64,000 bases of DNA from Macrostomum lignano (lineage: Eukaryota), in the NCBI GenBank assembly GCA_002269645.1, contig NIVC01000625.1, forward strand, positions 248,001 to 312,000. Reading direction: 5' to 3'. Both the position numbers and the translations under genes were made by a program. Every line of letters begins with the position of its first letter. Positions within the stretch are counted from its first letter, which is position 1. Below are positions 24,360 to 38,200 of this stretch, piece after piece. A model generated the notes under the pieces. That model was not told where the DNA came from, ran no database searches, and was given only the letters and a program-made list of their open reading frames with translations.

Positions 24360-26416
24360 ACCCTGTGTCCGCGATCGCGACCGGAGTTTTGACAGATCAA
24401 ATCTAAATTTTTCTCCCTGGTGTTTTCCTTCCCTGTCTCTATGGCAACGGATTTCTCATTTAACTTATAAATTTTCAACGCATCGCAGGATCTGCAGGTC
24501 AGCACTCGACCTCCCTGTCTGAAATGGCAAAATATGTGCGATTAGAAAAGCTTTCATGATAAACTGCATGCGAATGCAAATAGAAGCTTTGCTGCCACAG
24601 AGCGATTTTAACAAAAAGTGGCCGACATTTTTGGTCTTGTTTGAGTCAATCCAGTCTGCGTGAACCATGAGCTGTCCGGAAATTGCCTATTTTGTTTGAA
24701 TTCTCCTGGTTTACAAAAATATAGCGAGAAATTGTGACTCACTCTGGACTGAGAGCATCGCTTTGTAGCAAATTGTTGTTTTGTGTCACTGATGCAAACT
24801 GATTGGACTCGGGGTAGCGGCAGCAGTTTGTGCCAACCTTGACACAGACAGACAGAATTTGGCGCACACACAGTTAAACTTTGTGTGGACAGCCTTCATA
24901 CTTAGCTTTAAAATCCGATACTTCGAGCTAAAGACGATTGTTTCTGTCCGGTGGGGCATCTCTACAAAAAACAGTACAGGAATTTTTTATTCGATTCATT
25001 CTTAATTTTGACGAATTTTTATACAGACTTTTGGGCAATTAGGCAACGGATTGAGATAAAAGCAGTTTATTGCATGCATATTATAATACAGTAGTTGGAA
25101 TCGGGAGTGTTTTAAATGTTACGATAATTTTCTGCAAAAAAAGCTTGTCATCTCGATTTTAGTTCATCTTTATTGCTATGATCGCGAATTAACTGTTTAA
25201 TAATTACGGTAACTCATACAAAGTTTTATGCGAGTTTTATAACTGCTTTAAATATATTATCGTGAAAAAGAATTATAACAAAGATATATAGAAATTTCTA
25301 AAGTTAAGGGTTAAGAACTTACTAGCCATATGCTAAAGGTTTTTTATTTCTTAAAGAGTTCGTATAATTAAAATTTTATTTTAAAGTTGGGACTAGATTT
25401 GCTTCTATATCATACGGCGCAATTCCATTTGCAATATTATTGCACAAGCAGTTGAAAAAATTTTACAATATTAAAATGGCAGCTTTAACAACTGTTTCAA
25501 CAGCTTAGCAAAATGCATTTAATCCGTGCTGCATAAGACCGTGTTTAACTTCAAACAAGATTCATCCATCACCTTGAAGGGCGCAGGATCTAAGCAAATA
25601 TTCAGCTTGATTTTCTCCGAGAGAGCCGCCACAGCAGCACGATGGGCAACTGTCAAATAAATTCACAACTCCATTTGAATGGAGCTTTTTGTTTTTTAAA
25701 TTTCTTTGTTTAATTGAATTGACCCAAGCTTCTGTAAAATTGGGTGCTTTACATTTATGTCTTCATAAATCATAAGTCTAGTATGATTTTAAAATGCTTT
25801 ATTAATTCATAAGCATACTTTATTTTCCAAGTCTGTTGTTTGAAATTTAAAAAATGAAAGTTAACTATTATACAGCAATCTTTTCCAAAGATCCAAATAA
25901 CCTTAAGATTGTAAAAATGTAAAAAATATACTTTAAAATGTCCAAGACAATGATAAAAATCATTTTATATTTTAACACCCTGCAGTGTACATGTACTTTA
26001 ATCCAATTTCAGTGTCGTCCGTGACCTCATACTGACACGTGATGAGGGCGCGTAGCTTCCCGTCTTCGCGTCTGAGATAATAAATATCAGAGGCAGCATT
26101 CGGCAAATGCCTCGCTCCAATCTGGAGCATTTTTTCTACAGTTTATATTTACCTTTAAAATTGAATTTTCTTGGCAATTATTATCGCGCGGTGAGACAAC
26201 ACCGTTAAAATCCGATCAGAGCATTTCGGGCAAACCTACCTCCCCCTCCTTGAGAAAAAGATTAGGTAATTTTTAGAGTAGTTACGAAACAAGGAGTTGG
26301 GGTTGGGTAGCCGGCTCGCGGAACTTAGCGATTGCCTATTTTTTATTTAACTTGAATTACTGTATGGCATTGCGGCCGTGTACTCATATGTATTTAATAA
26401 TTGTATGTTAGTAAAT

Positions 26417-26417
<1 letters not shown>

Positions 26418-26451
<34 letters not shown>

Positions 26452-26452
26452 G

Positions 26453-26487
<35 letters not shown>

Positions 26488-26488
26488 G

Positions 26489-26549
<61 letters not shown>
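26418..26549. repeat. (CTA)n microsatellite
   Basis: About 43 trinucleotide units. Confidence 0.97.
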
Positions 26550-26560
<11 letters not shown>

Positions 26561-27406
26561 ACTGCTACTACTACCGGTACTACTACTACATTCTCGAATG
26601 TATATTAAAATATTTATTTTGATTATCGTTTACTAATTTGAATCTTTATGCTACGAAATATATTTCCAATTATAATTTTGGAAGATTATATTTTTAACAA
26701 AAAGCTTGAAAGAAAACTTAGTAGTTCTGATTTGAAAACGAAAATATACACAACTGGAGAATTAAAAAAGTTGAAACTTTTCAAACTAGCTCTGTTACGA
26801 AATTAATAAACTACTACAAAAACCTTCTTTCGTTCACTCTCGTTTTATTTATTACTTGAAAAAGCTTCTCAAAAGTAAATTCATTAGACGCGATTAAAAA
26901 TGCAGCCGCGATAAAGAGAAGTGCATGCGCTCAATACTACTAATAAGCATATTTATTTGCATGAATGCCAGCTGCTAGACAGGAGTTGGACTAACTGTAA
27001 AAGAGTTAAAATAAAGTTGAGAATTTGTGTCCTGCAGCAATGAGGTCACTAAATATTCCTACATGAAGTTGATGCAGAGAGGGATACCCAACAGGTAGCT
27101 GTTGGTGGGTACCAACAGGTACCCAACTACATGCATGTTTACAACGAACTGTGCGGGATAATTTAGTCCTAGCAATTGCACCACTGAAAATGTACTTACA
27201 ACTGCCGAAAGTTTTAGTTGTCATGGCAACTAGGACAAGATATCTAGAGAATACATGCACACCCTATAGGATGTAAATTATTAACTAGTTAGACAGTTGT
27301 CATGACAACCATAAAGACAGAGCTAAGCTAATTAGAAAGAGACTATAAATCAGAGATTTGCTATGGCAACCACAGGGACTCAGTTGCTACCGTTAAGGAC
27401 TAAAAA

Positions 27407-30400
27407 TTAGGCAGTTGCCATGGCAACGCGGGCCGCGCCCCGGCCGCCGCTGTTGTTGCCAGTCCTGACAGTCCGGCTGCCGCCGGCCCCCAAGGCGACT
27501 GTCGTCCCGGCGCTTTCGCTGACGATGTCTTCGTCGTCGACGATCTCCTCCTCGTCCAGCGGACCGCGCCGCCAGATGGCGATGGCGAGGTCGGGCGCGA
27601 GCGCCAGCAGGGGCACCGTGGCCAGCATCAGCCAGGCCGCGGGCTGCCGGTGCAGCTCGAAGAACAGCCAGTAGAACGAGTGGTTCTCGTCGAAGATGTT
27701 CGTGTACATCGAGTTGTAGAAAGCGGCCTGCGGAGCGCAGATATGGGGAGAAATCATCGAAGTCAGTCGGAAATCATCAACTCAGCCAGTCAGAAATCAT
27801 CAACTCAGTCAGTCGGAAATCATCAACTCAGTCAGTCGGAAATCATCAACTCAGCCAGTCGGAAATCATCAACTCAGCCAGTCGGAAATCATCGACTCAG
27901 CCAGTCGGAAATCATCAACTCAGCCAGTGGGAAATCATCAACTCAGCCAGTGGGAAATCATCAACTCAGCCAGTCGGAAATCATCAACTCAGCCAGTCGG
28001 AAATCATCGACTCAGCCAGTCGGAAATCATCAACTCAGCCAGTGGGAAATCATCAACTCAGCCAGTGGGAAATCATCAACTCAGCCAGTCGGAAATCATC
28101 AACTCAGCCAGTGGGAAGTCACCCGGACGCACCAGCAGCGGGTAGCAGAGCACGGACAGCAGGAAGCTGAACACAACGATGGTGTGGAAGAACCGGGAGC
28201 ACATGATCAGCTTGGTGTGGACGACAATGAGGAGACACTCGACCACCAGGGTGCCCAGCGCGCTCAGGCCGAAGCCGGAGATGCCCGGCCTGCCGATGTC
28301 GTCGTTGAGCCAGAAGACGGCCGCGTTGCCGTAGAAGCAGACGCCGCTGTGCCAGAAGGCGGCGAGCATCCAGGCGAAGAAGCGGCGCCAGGACAGCGGC
28401 TCCACAGCCTTGCCGACCGCGTACAGGCGGGGCTCGCGGTACAGGCGGGAGCGGGGCAGGTGCTGCTCGAACACGCCGTACACCAGGATGGGCATGGCCG
28501 TCAGGAAGGCGTTGTACGCGGCCAGAAAGAAAGAGTCGTACAGACTGATGAGGTTGAAGCCGTTGTGCAGGGCGTAGAAAAACTGCGGCAGGGTGAAGGC
28601 CACATTCTTGTAGAAGAAGTACTGCACCAGCATGCTGAGCCTGTAGTAGAACAAGTGGCCGTGGAACAGCAGCAGCTTGCGGAGGTAGCGGAACCTGCGG
28701 GTGATTCACAGCTTCCGGTTGGAGTGGCTGCTGCAGTGATACCGGAAGTTACAGAAGGGAAGCTACAGGCCGAAAGCTATCGGAAGAAAGACCGGAAACT
28801 ATCTACTGGAAGCTACAGACTGGAAGCTACAGAACGGAAGCTACAGACCAGAAACTACATACTGGAAGCTACAGGCTGAAAGATACAGACCGGAAGCTAC
28901 AGACTGGAAACTACTGACCAGAGGCTACAGACCAGAGGCTACAGACCGGAAGCTATAGACCGGAAGCTACAGACCGGAAGCTACAGACCAGAGGCTACAG
29001 ACCGGAAGCTACAGACCAGAGGCTACAGACCAGAGGCTACAGACCAGAGGCTACAGACCAGAGGCTACAGACCGGAAGCTACAGACAGGAAATGAAACGA
29101 GAAGCGAAAACGTTATAAATAACAACCAACTAAAAACTGCCATCAGAAACTACAAAATAAAACGACGAATCTGAACCTGTAAAACCGGAAACTACCAACC
29201 GGAAAAAACAAAACGAACTGAAGCTCCAATCTCACCTCCCCATGCAGTAGTCCGAATTAAGCGCGGCCGCTCGGCCCTCCTTGCCGTAGAGCCCGACACC
29301 CACGTGAGCCTCCTTGATCATGCTGACGTCGTTGGCGCCATCGCCGATGGCGCAGGTGATCAGCGGCCACCTGCCGGAGTCATCGGCGGCGAGTTTGACG
29401 GCGGCCACGGTGCGCGACTTCTGGAGCGGCGTGCAGCGGCAGCAGAGAACGGCCGGGCTCTCGTCAGCCAGCCGCAGGAAGCGCCTACAGAGGTCACGGT
29501 CGTTGTCCCAGTCCGTCAGCATCTGCAGCGAGTCGCCCTCGACCACAATGCAGTAGTCGGCAACGCCGGGCCCGGAGCTCGCGGCGGCCGCCTCGGCGAT
29601 GGTCAAGGCGGAGTCCACCGCCTCCCGGGTGCGGCAGCCGACAATGCGAAGGCGGCGCATTCCGAGAGTCACGTGACCGGCAGCCAGGCTGATGTTCTCG
29701 GCAGTTTCCACCTGTGAAATAGGTTGGAGTGCGGCTTCTGGCTGGCAGCCAATCAGAATTCGAGTTCAGTAGCGGAGTGAGGTGGATGAAGTCAGCTGGC
29801 AGCCAATCAGAATTCGAGGTCAGTAGCGGAGTGAGGTGGATGAAGTTAGCTGGCAGCCAATCAGCAATCGAGGTCAGTAGCGGAGTGAGGTGGATGAAGT
29901 TAGCTGGCAAGCCAATTAGCAATCGAGGTCAGTAATGGAGTGAGGTGGGTAAAGTTAGCTGGCAGCCAATCAGCAATCGAGGTCAGTAATGGAGTGAGGT
30001 GGGTGAAGTTAGGTGACAGGCAATCAGATATTTAAGGCAACAGCTAGGGGGCAGGGGTCGCACCTTGTCACCCGTGAGGATCCAGACCCGGATGCCGGCC
30101 CGCCGGAGGTCGCTGATGCACTCCGGCACGCCGGCCTGCAGTTGGTCCTCCACAGCCGTGCAGCCCAGCAGCTGCAGGTCTTTCTCGACCGAGTCCGCGG
30201 CCTTCGTCAGCTTGGCCTCCCGATCGGCGAGGCTGGCCGAGGCCGCCTGCAGTTGCGCAGCGATTTGGTTGGCGTCCACCTGCGTCAGCCTCTTCCTGCC
30301 CACGACCAGCACGCGGAGGCCCTCCGCGCAGAAGTCGGCGACGTGCTTGACGGTGACTTCCGTGCTGCCGCTGATGCATCGGGGCAGCATGGCGGTGTCG

Positions 30401-33400
30401 GCGCCCTTAGTGATGAGCCAGAGGACGCCCATGGGGTCGGAGACCACAACCGACATCCGCCTGCGGTCTGAGTCGAACTCGAGCACGTGCAGCAGCTGAG
30501 GTGGGCGGGGATTAAAATTTCAGAGGTTACTACTAAGGGATTCCGAATGGCTTGATTTTGGAGGTGGGGTGGGTGTCAACCCTCCTCGCCTCTCATTGGC
30601 TGGCGCCCCGATCACTAGGTGATCGATACCCGTATCGATATCGGCGCTCGGCGCGCGCGCGCCGCAGGCGCGTGGCGCCAAGCGCCGCAGGCGCACCCTC
30701 CCGATATTAGATCCCAATAAATCAATCAGATCCCAAATCAATCAGATCCCAAATCAATCAGATCCCAAGCGCACCCTCCCGAGCCGCAGGCGTCCATGCA
30801 GCAGGCGCCCCTCCCCGCCGCACGCGCCCTCCCCCGACATGTATGCCGCAGGCGCCCTCCCGTCTCAGGCGCCCCTCCCGATATGTATGCGCACTCTCCC
30901 TATATGTACACCGATATGTATGCAGCAGGCGCCCCGAGTGTACACTCCCCCGATATGTGTGTACACCGATATGTAGTCATCGATACGGGCCTCTTCCCCT
31001 CTCTCACCTACATCTCAACTAGCGAAATCGAACCCAGGTCGCGCCCATACTAGGACACTACACGGTTGTGGGGTATAGGGAGCGAGAAGTTTCAACCCTA
31101 ACGCTGACGCAGCCCTGTACAGTGAGAGTGTACGGGCAGAGAGGGGTGGCGCGGACAGAGAACCAGCCACTAGGTTGTTATACTGTTGAAGCATAGGGAG
31201 CGAGAAGTTTTAACCCCGATGCTGACGCAGCCCTGTACACTGAGCGTGTACGGGCAGAGGGTGGGTGGAAAGAGATGTGAATAACACAGCCTGCTGCAGG
31301 AGCCGGATAGAGAGGCGCATGCTAGGACAGAGAGGTAGTGTGAGTCACACACACCCCACAGAGAAAGCCATACAGAGGATAGAGAGCTCCCTCCCCAGTT
31401 GCAGGGGACAGAGAGGCAGGCAGGGTATGCAGGGGCATGCGAACCGTCAAGGGGCCACGCGAGGATAGAGTGGAGGAGCAGAGATGTGTTTGGACAGAGA
31501 GCCAGCCACGTGTGCGTAGTGTGAGGGAACAGAAACATATGGAGCAGGAGGGAGATAGGAAGCAAACGCGCAGGGTAAGGGAGCCACACAGGGCGGTACA
31601 GTGAGACACGGGCAGGGGTGGAGCCGTGCGTGGACAGAGCTGAACGGCACGGTCAGCTGCAGGAATAGGATGATAGAGAGGCGCGGAGGGGGACAGAGAG
31701 CAGTGTGCAGGGGTAGGCAGCCACGCAGGCTGGGGAACAGAGAGGCGCGTGTCAGCCAGTTGCAGCCCGGGACAGAGAAGTATGAAGGGGGGCCTGGGAC
31801 AGAGTTCCGAGCAAGGCACAGAGGTAGGGTCCTGTAGCTATGTATAGGCAGGGAGCCACGCGAGGGCAGGACAGGGGAGCAGACATGCAAGTTGCATGCA
31901 AGGCCAGAGAGGTGTGCGCGGAGGGAGACAGAGAGCAGTGTGTAGGGGTAGGTAACAGCAAACTTTAGTAGCGGCGCGTGCGGGGACGGAGAAACCAGTC
32001 AGAGCATACAGAGACGTTACAGAGAGGTACACAAGCAGAGACCAAAGCGAGCAGAGCACATGTGTAGGGACAGAGACGTGAGGGAGAATCGACCAAAACA
32101 CGCTATGTATTTTCAAAAGTTGGTTTTAGTGCAACATGTTTAATAGTGGGTAGTATAATAGTATGTACATAGTAGGTATAATAGTAGTAATAATAGTAAG
32201 CATATTAGCCCAAAAGGTAGACTAAAACAGGCTAAACTGTGTGTACGCATCCTCATCACCCCACAAGCCCCCTCTCCCGCCAGACTCACTCTACCAAACC
32301 TGTATTGCTGCATGAAGGAAAATATAGTGTAAAAATACAGATCTTAACCGTCAGACCGCTGAAATCAGGGCACACTAGAGGGGGTTTCGGGGTCTGCATG
32401 CTCTATGTAAGCTGCTTGAGGAGGTTCCAAGGGCGTTGTGAGGGTTTCAATTATGTTTTGAAAAAACTAGAGGCTTAAATACAACGTTTTATTCAAAAGT
32501 AGGTTATTTTAATGAAATAGCTGACACAATCATTGTCGAGAGTAGAAATTTTTATAAGAAACCAGGCATTTTAGCAAAAATAAACCTTCAAACCACATAA
32601 AATTGAATAAAAAGCAGACATTTTCAATTATAAACCGCAAGTATTTTAATAGAAAAGTAAGCAAACAAGGCACAAAACCAGCAAATTTTACCTTTTTATT
32701 TTAATGTTACTGATAAGGTAGAGAGTAGAAACTTGTGAGCTGTACGGAGTTAGAAAGTATTAACCATTATGTATCGTATGAATTATTAGTTCAGTACCAG
32801 CCATTGGTCAAGCGAGCATTTATGAAGTTATTACGAGTGATGAAGGGATAGAGAGCTATATACAGGAAGACAGTATCCTTCTAAACCACCACGAACAGAT
32901 TGCTAATAGAGATAAGCTTTGTCTGTGTGCAGTATGAGTAAGCGAAGGCGGGGCAAATACTTTTCCACATGCCGGACAGAACAGTATTGTGCTAGGATTT
33001 CTCTCGAAATCGCGGTACGTTACTAGTTTTTATCACACCATCCAGATGCGTCAACTAGTCAGCAGTAGTCATTTATATGTTATTAGAACTTACAAACCCA
33101 GGTCAAGTAAATATTACAAAGAGTATATTACGTACACACACCAACTACGAATACCAAGCCATACTAGTCTACTTGCAGTGCTCCTGGAGGGAAGGGACGG
33201 CGGGGTGTACATCCGGCAGGGTGGGCGTCCAGCGAGTGTACATCTGACAGGATGGGTGTTCAGCAAGTGTACATCTGACAGGGTGGGCGTTCAGCAAGTG
33301 TACCTTCAGCGTCGAGTAGGTGTACACCCGTCAGTGGGAACTCAGCCCCTCCCACCAATGTCGTGTGCATGCGGTTAGTCAGTATAGTGGTGGGGTAGAC

Positions 33401-35175
33401 GGTGCAGGAAGGAAACCCAGATGCTGACGCTGCCCTGTACAGCGAGCAACCAGCCCTCCTGTAGCAGGAGGGGGACAGAGAGTGCGTGGAGGCAGTAGGA
33501 GATAGAGGACGCTACCCGGCATGTCGCAGCACGCGGCGCGGGACAGAGAGGCAGTGTGTAAGTCACCCCCACAGGGAGAGCTGCCCTGGCAGGAGGCGCG
33601 GGACAGAGAGGCGGTGAATCACACCCCACGGAGAGAGCCGTACAGCGAGCTTCCCCACCCGAGTCCGGTAAATATTACAGAGTATTACGTGCACACGCCA
33701 GCCCTGAATACCAAGCCATACTAGTCTACCTGCAGTGCTCCCAGAGGGAAGGGATGGTCAGGAGTTACACACCAAGAATGCATTCATACAAAGAGTACAC
33801 AACTCGAGCCCAGACACCAAGTCACAGTCTACTTACAGTAGAGATGGTAGATTAATAGCAAGATTATATTACAATTAGACCTCCCTAGCACATGAGGAGT
33901 GAAATTCAATAATAATTGAATTCAATAATAATACAACATTTAGACGTAGTAATTTAATTACAAAATACCACTAACACTGAGCCAACGAATTGTAGGTTAC
34001 AAAGGAGTTGCCACTCATATGGAAAGCCAGTATAATGCAGGTGTATATTATTAAAACATAGACAAAAACGATGCAGACGTATATACACACTATTGATTTT
34101 GTACATGTACATTTCGGCATATTACCACACATCGCAGGCACATATTATATATCGGGGGATAGGTTAAAATACACACATCGTAGATGTAGAAGCAGACACA
34201 ATGCAGGAAAATTATGATACGAGTGTACATATTAGTGCGTAAAAGTATCATATTATGACACCCTGTAGCACATATTGACATAATGCAGGGGAAAATATTG
34301 ACAGAAATAGTACACAATTGTAGAGGTAACAACCCGCCAACTAGTAAGGACATCCAGCACTTGTTCAGGTTTTTATTATTTCGAGACGAGTGTCATGCCC
34401 CGCAAGAGATCTTATCAGAAATTTGTTGAACTCCACTGCAACTCTCCCCAGAGCCTCCAAATGTGAGTTTTTAACCCAGGGTCGAGTACAAAGGACCCGC
34501 CCACTCTTAACCCCAAGGGGTGATCGTAGCGGAGACCAAGTACAGTGCGGACGGAGAGGGGTAACAGAAAGCGCTGCATCAGACCGCAGGGCTGCATTCC
34601 TCCCCGAGGTAGGCGCGTCAGCTCCCACTCCTCATTTAACCATCAAGTAAACTAAAGAAGTCAAGCAGAAAGCCTTACAATCACCCGCAACCAGCACAAG
34701 TAAGAGTACTTTCCACTAGAGAGCCATAGTGCAAGATTCGCGAGCCAAGTTGAAGAAGCACACCAAATTACACTAAAGACATATGTATTAAAAAGCATAC
34801 CGGCACCTCTACAAAAACACAGTATGTACCGATTAAAGTTGCTTTTGGTGCAGTGTATTTAATAAAAAGCAGGTACCTAACACAAAAGTAGGCATCAATG
34901 CAGTGCACGGACTAAACTGTATTTACAAACGCAGGGCAACGAACTACACACAATGTAGCGCATAGACATAATTGTACGCATAAATGTACGCAATTTCCGG
35001 TATATAGGACCACATGTTCGCAAATGTACACAATGTACACAAACAAACACACACACACACAAACACAAACACAAACACACACACACTCAGGCGTATCCTG
35101 CAGAGCGCATCCTGCAGCGCCGATCGCCGCAGGCGATGGCGCCATCGGCAGGAAGCTCTTGCTGTGAATACGCCT

Positions 35176-35256
<81 letters not shown>

Positions 35257-38200
35257 TTTGTGTACATTGTGTACATTTGCGAACATGTGGTCCTATATAC
35301 CGGAAATTGCGTACATTTATGCGTACAATTATGTCTATGCGCTACATTGTGTGTAGTTCGTTGCCCTGCGTTTGTAAATACAGTTTAGTCCGTGCACTGC
35401 ATTGATGCCTACTTTTGTGTTAGGTACCTGCTTTTTATTAAATACACTGCACCAAAAGCAACTTTAATCGGTACATACTGTGTTTTTGTAGAGGTGCCGG
35501 TATGCTTTTTAATACATATGTCTTTAGTGTAATTTGGTGTGCTTCTTCAACTTGGCTCGCGAATCTTGCACTATGGCTCTCTAGTGGAAAGTACTCTTAC
35601 TTGTGCTGGTTGCGGGTGATTGTAAGGCTTTCTGCTTGACTTCTTTAGTTTACTTGATGGTTAAATGAGGAGTGGGAGCTGACGCGCCTACCTCGGGGAG
35701 GAATGCAGCCCTGCGGTCTGATGCAGCGCTTTCTGTTACCCCTCTCCGTCCGCACTGTACTTGGTCTCCGCTACGATCACCCCTTGGGGTTAAGAGTGGG
35801 CGGGTCCTTTGTACTCGACCCTGGGTTAAAAACTCACATTTGGAGGCTCTGGGGAGAGTTGCAGTGGAGTTCAACAAATTTCTGATAAGATCTCTTGCGG
35901 GGGCATGACACTCGTCTCGAAATAATAAAAACCTGAACAAGTGCTGGATGTCCTTACTAGTTGGCGGGTTGTTACCTCTACAATTGTGTACTATTTCTGT
36001 CAATATTTTCCCCTGCATTATGTCAATATGTGCTACAGGGTGTCATAATATGATACTTTTACGCACTAATATGTACACTCGTATCATAATTTTCCTGCAT
36101 TGTGTCTGCTTCTACATCTACGATGTGTGTATTTTAACCTATCCCCCGATATATAATATGTGCCTGCGATGTGTGGTAATATGCCGAAATGTACATGTAC
36201 AAAATCAATAGTGTGTATATACGTCTGCATCGTTTTTGTCTATGTTTTAATAATATACACCTGCATTATACTGGCTTTCCATATGAGTGGCAACTCCTTT
36301 GTAACCTACAATTCGTTGGCTCAGTGTTAGTGGTATTTTGTAATTAAATTACTACGTCTAAATGTTGTATTATTATTGAATTCAATTATTATTGAATTTC
36401 ACTCCTCATGTGCTAGGGAGGTCTAATTGTAATATAATCTTGCTATTAATCTACCATCTCTACTGTAAGTAGACTGTGACTTGGTGTCTGGGCTCGAGTT
36501 GTGTACTCTTTGTATGAATGCATTCTTGGTGTGTAACTCCTGACCATCCCTTCCCTCTGGGAGCACTGCAGGTAGACTAGTATGGCTTGGTATTCAGGGC
36601 TGGCGTGTGCACGTAATACTCTGTAATATTTACCGGACTCGGGTGGGGAAGCTCGCTGTACGGCTCTCTCCGTGGGGTGTGATTCACCGCCTCTCTGTCC
36701 CGCGCCTCCTGCCAGGGCAGCTCTCCCTGTGGGGGTGACTTACACACTGCCTCTCTGTCCCGCGCCGCGTGCTGCGACATGCCGGGTAGCGTCCTCTATC
36801 TCCTACTGCCTCCACGCACTCTCTGTCCCCCTCCTGCTACAGGAGGGCTGGTTGCTCGCTGTACAGGGCAGCGTCAGCATCTGGGTTTCCTTCCTGCACC
36901 GTCTACCCCACCACTATACTGACTAACCGCATGCACACGACATTGGTGGGAGGGGCTGAGTTCCCACTGACGGGTGTACACCTACTCGACGCTGAAGGTA
37001 CACTTGCTGAACGCCCACCCTGTCAGATGTACACTTGCTGAACACCCATCCTGTCAGATGTACACTCGCTGGACGCCCACCCTGCCGGATGTACACCCCG
37101 CCGTCCCTTCCCTCCAGGAGCACTGCAAGTAGACTAGTATGGCTTGGTATTCGTAGTTGGTGTGTGTACGTAATATACTCTTTGTAATATTTACTTGACC
37201 TGGGTTTGTAAGTTCTAATAACATATAAATGACTACTGCTGACTAGTTGACGCATCTGGATGGTGTGATAAAAACTAGTAACGTACCGCGATTTCGAGAG
37301 AAATCCTAGCACAATACTGTTCTGTCCGGCATGTGGAAAAGTATTTGCCCCGCCTTCGCTTACTCATACTGCACACAGACAAAGCTTATCTCTATTAGCA
37401 ATCTGTTCGTGGTGGTTTAGAAGGATACTGTCTTCCTGTATATAGCTCTCTATCCCTTCATCACTCGTAATAACTTCATAAATGCTCGCTTGACCAATGG
37501 CTGGTACTGAACTAATAATTCATACGATACATAATGGTTAATACTTTCTAACTCCGTACAGCTCACAAGTTTCTACTCTCTACCTTATCAGTAACATTAA
37601 AATAAAAAGGTAAAATTTGCTGGTTTTGTGCCTTGTTTGCTTACTTTTCTATTAAAATACTTGCGGTTTATAATTGAAAATGTCTGCTTTTTATTCAATT
37701 TTATGTGGTTTGAAGGTTTATTTTTGCTAAAATGCCTGGTTTCTTATAAAAATTTCTACTCTCGACAATGATTGTGTCAGCTATTTCATTAAAATAACCT
37801 ACTTTTGAATAAAACGTTGTATTTAAGCCTCTAGTTTTTTCAAAACATAATTGAAACCCTCACAACGCCCTTGGAACCTCCTCAAGCAGCTTACATAGAG
37901 CATGCAGACCCCGAAACCCCCTCTAGTGTGCCCTGATTTCAGCGGTCTGACGGTTAAGATCTGTATTTTTACACTATATTTTCCTTCATGCAGCAATACA
38001 GGTTTGGTAGAGTGAGTCTGGCGGGAGAGGGGGCTTGTGGGGTGATGAGGATGCGTACACACAGTTTAGCCTGTTTTAGTCTACCTTTTGGGCTAATATG
38101 CTTACTATTATTACTACTATTATACCTACTATGTACATACTATTATACTACCCACTATTAAACATGTTGCACTAAAACCAACTTTTGAAAATACATAGCG

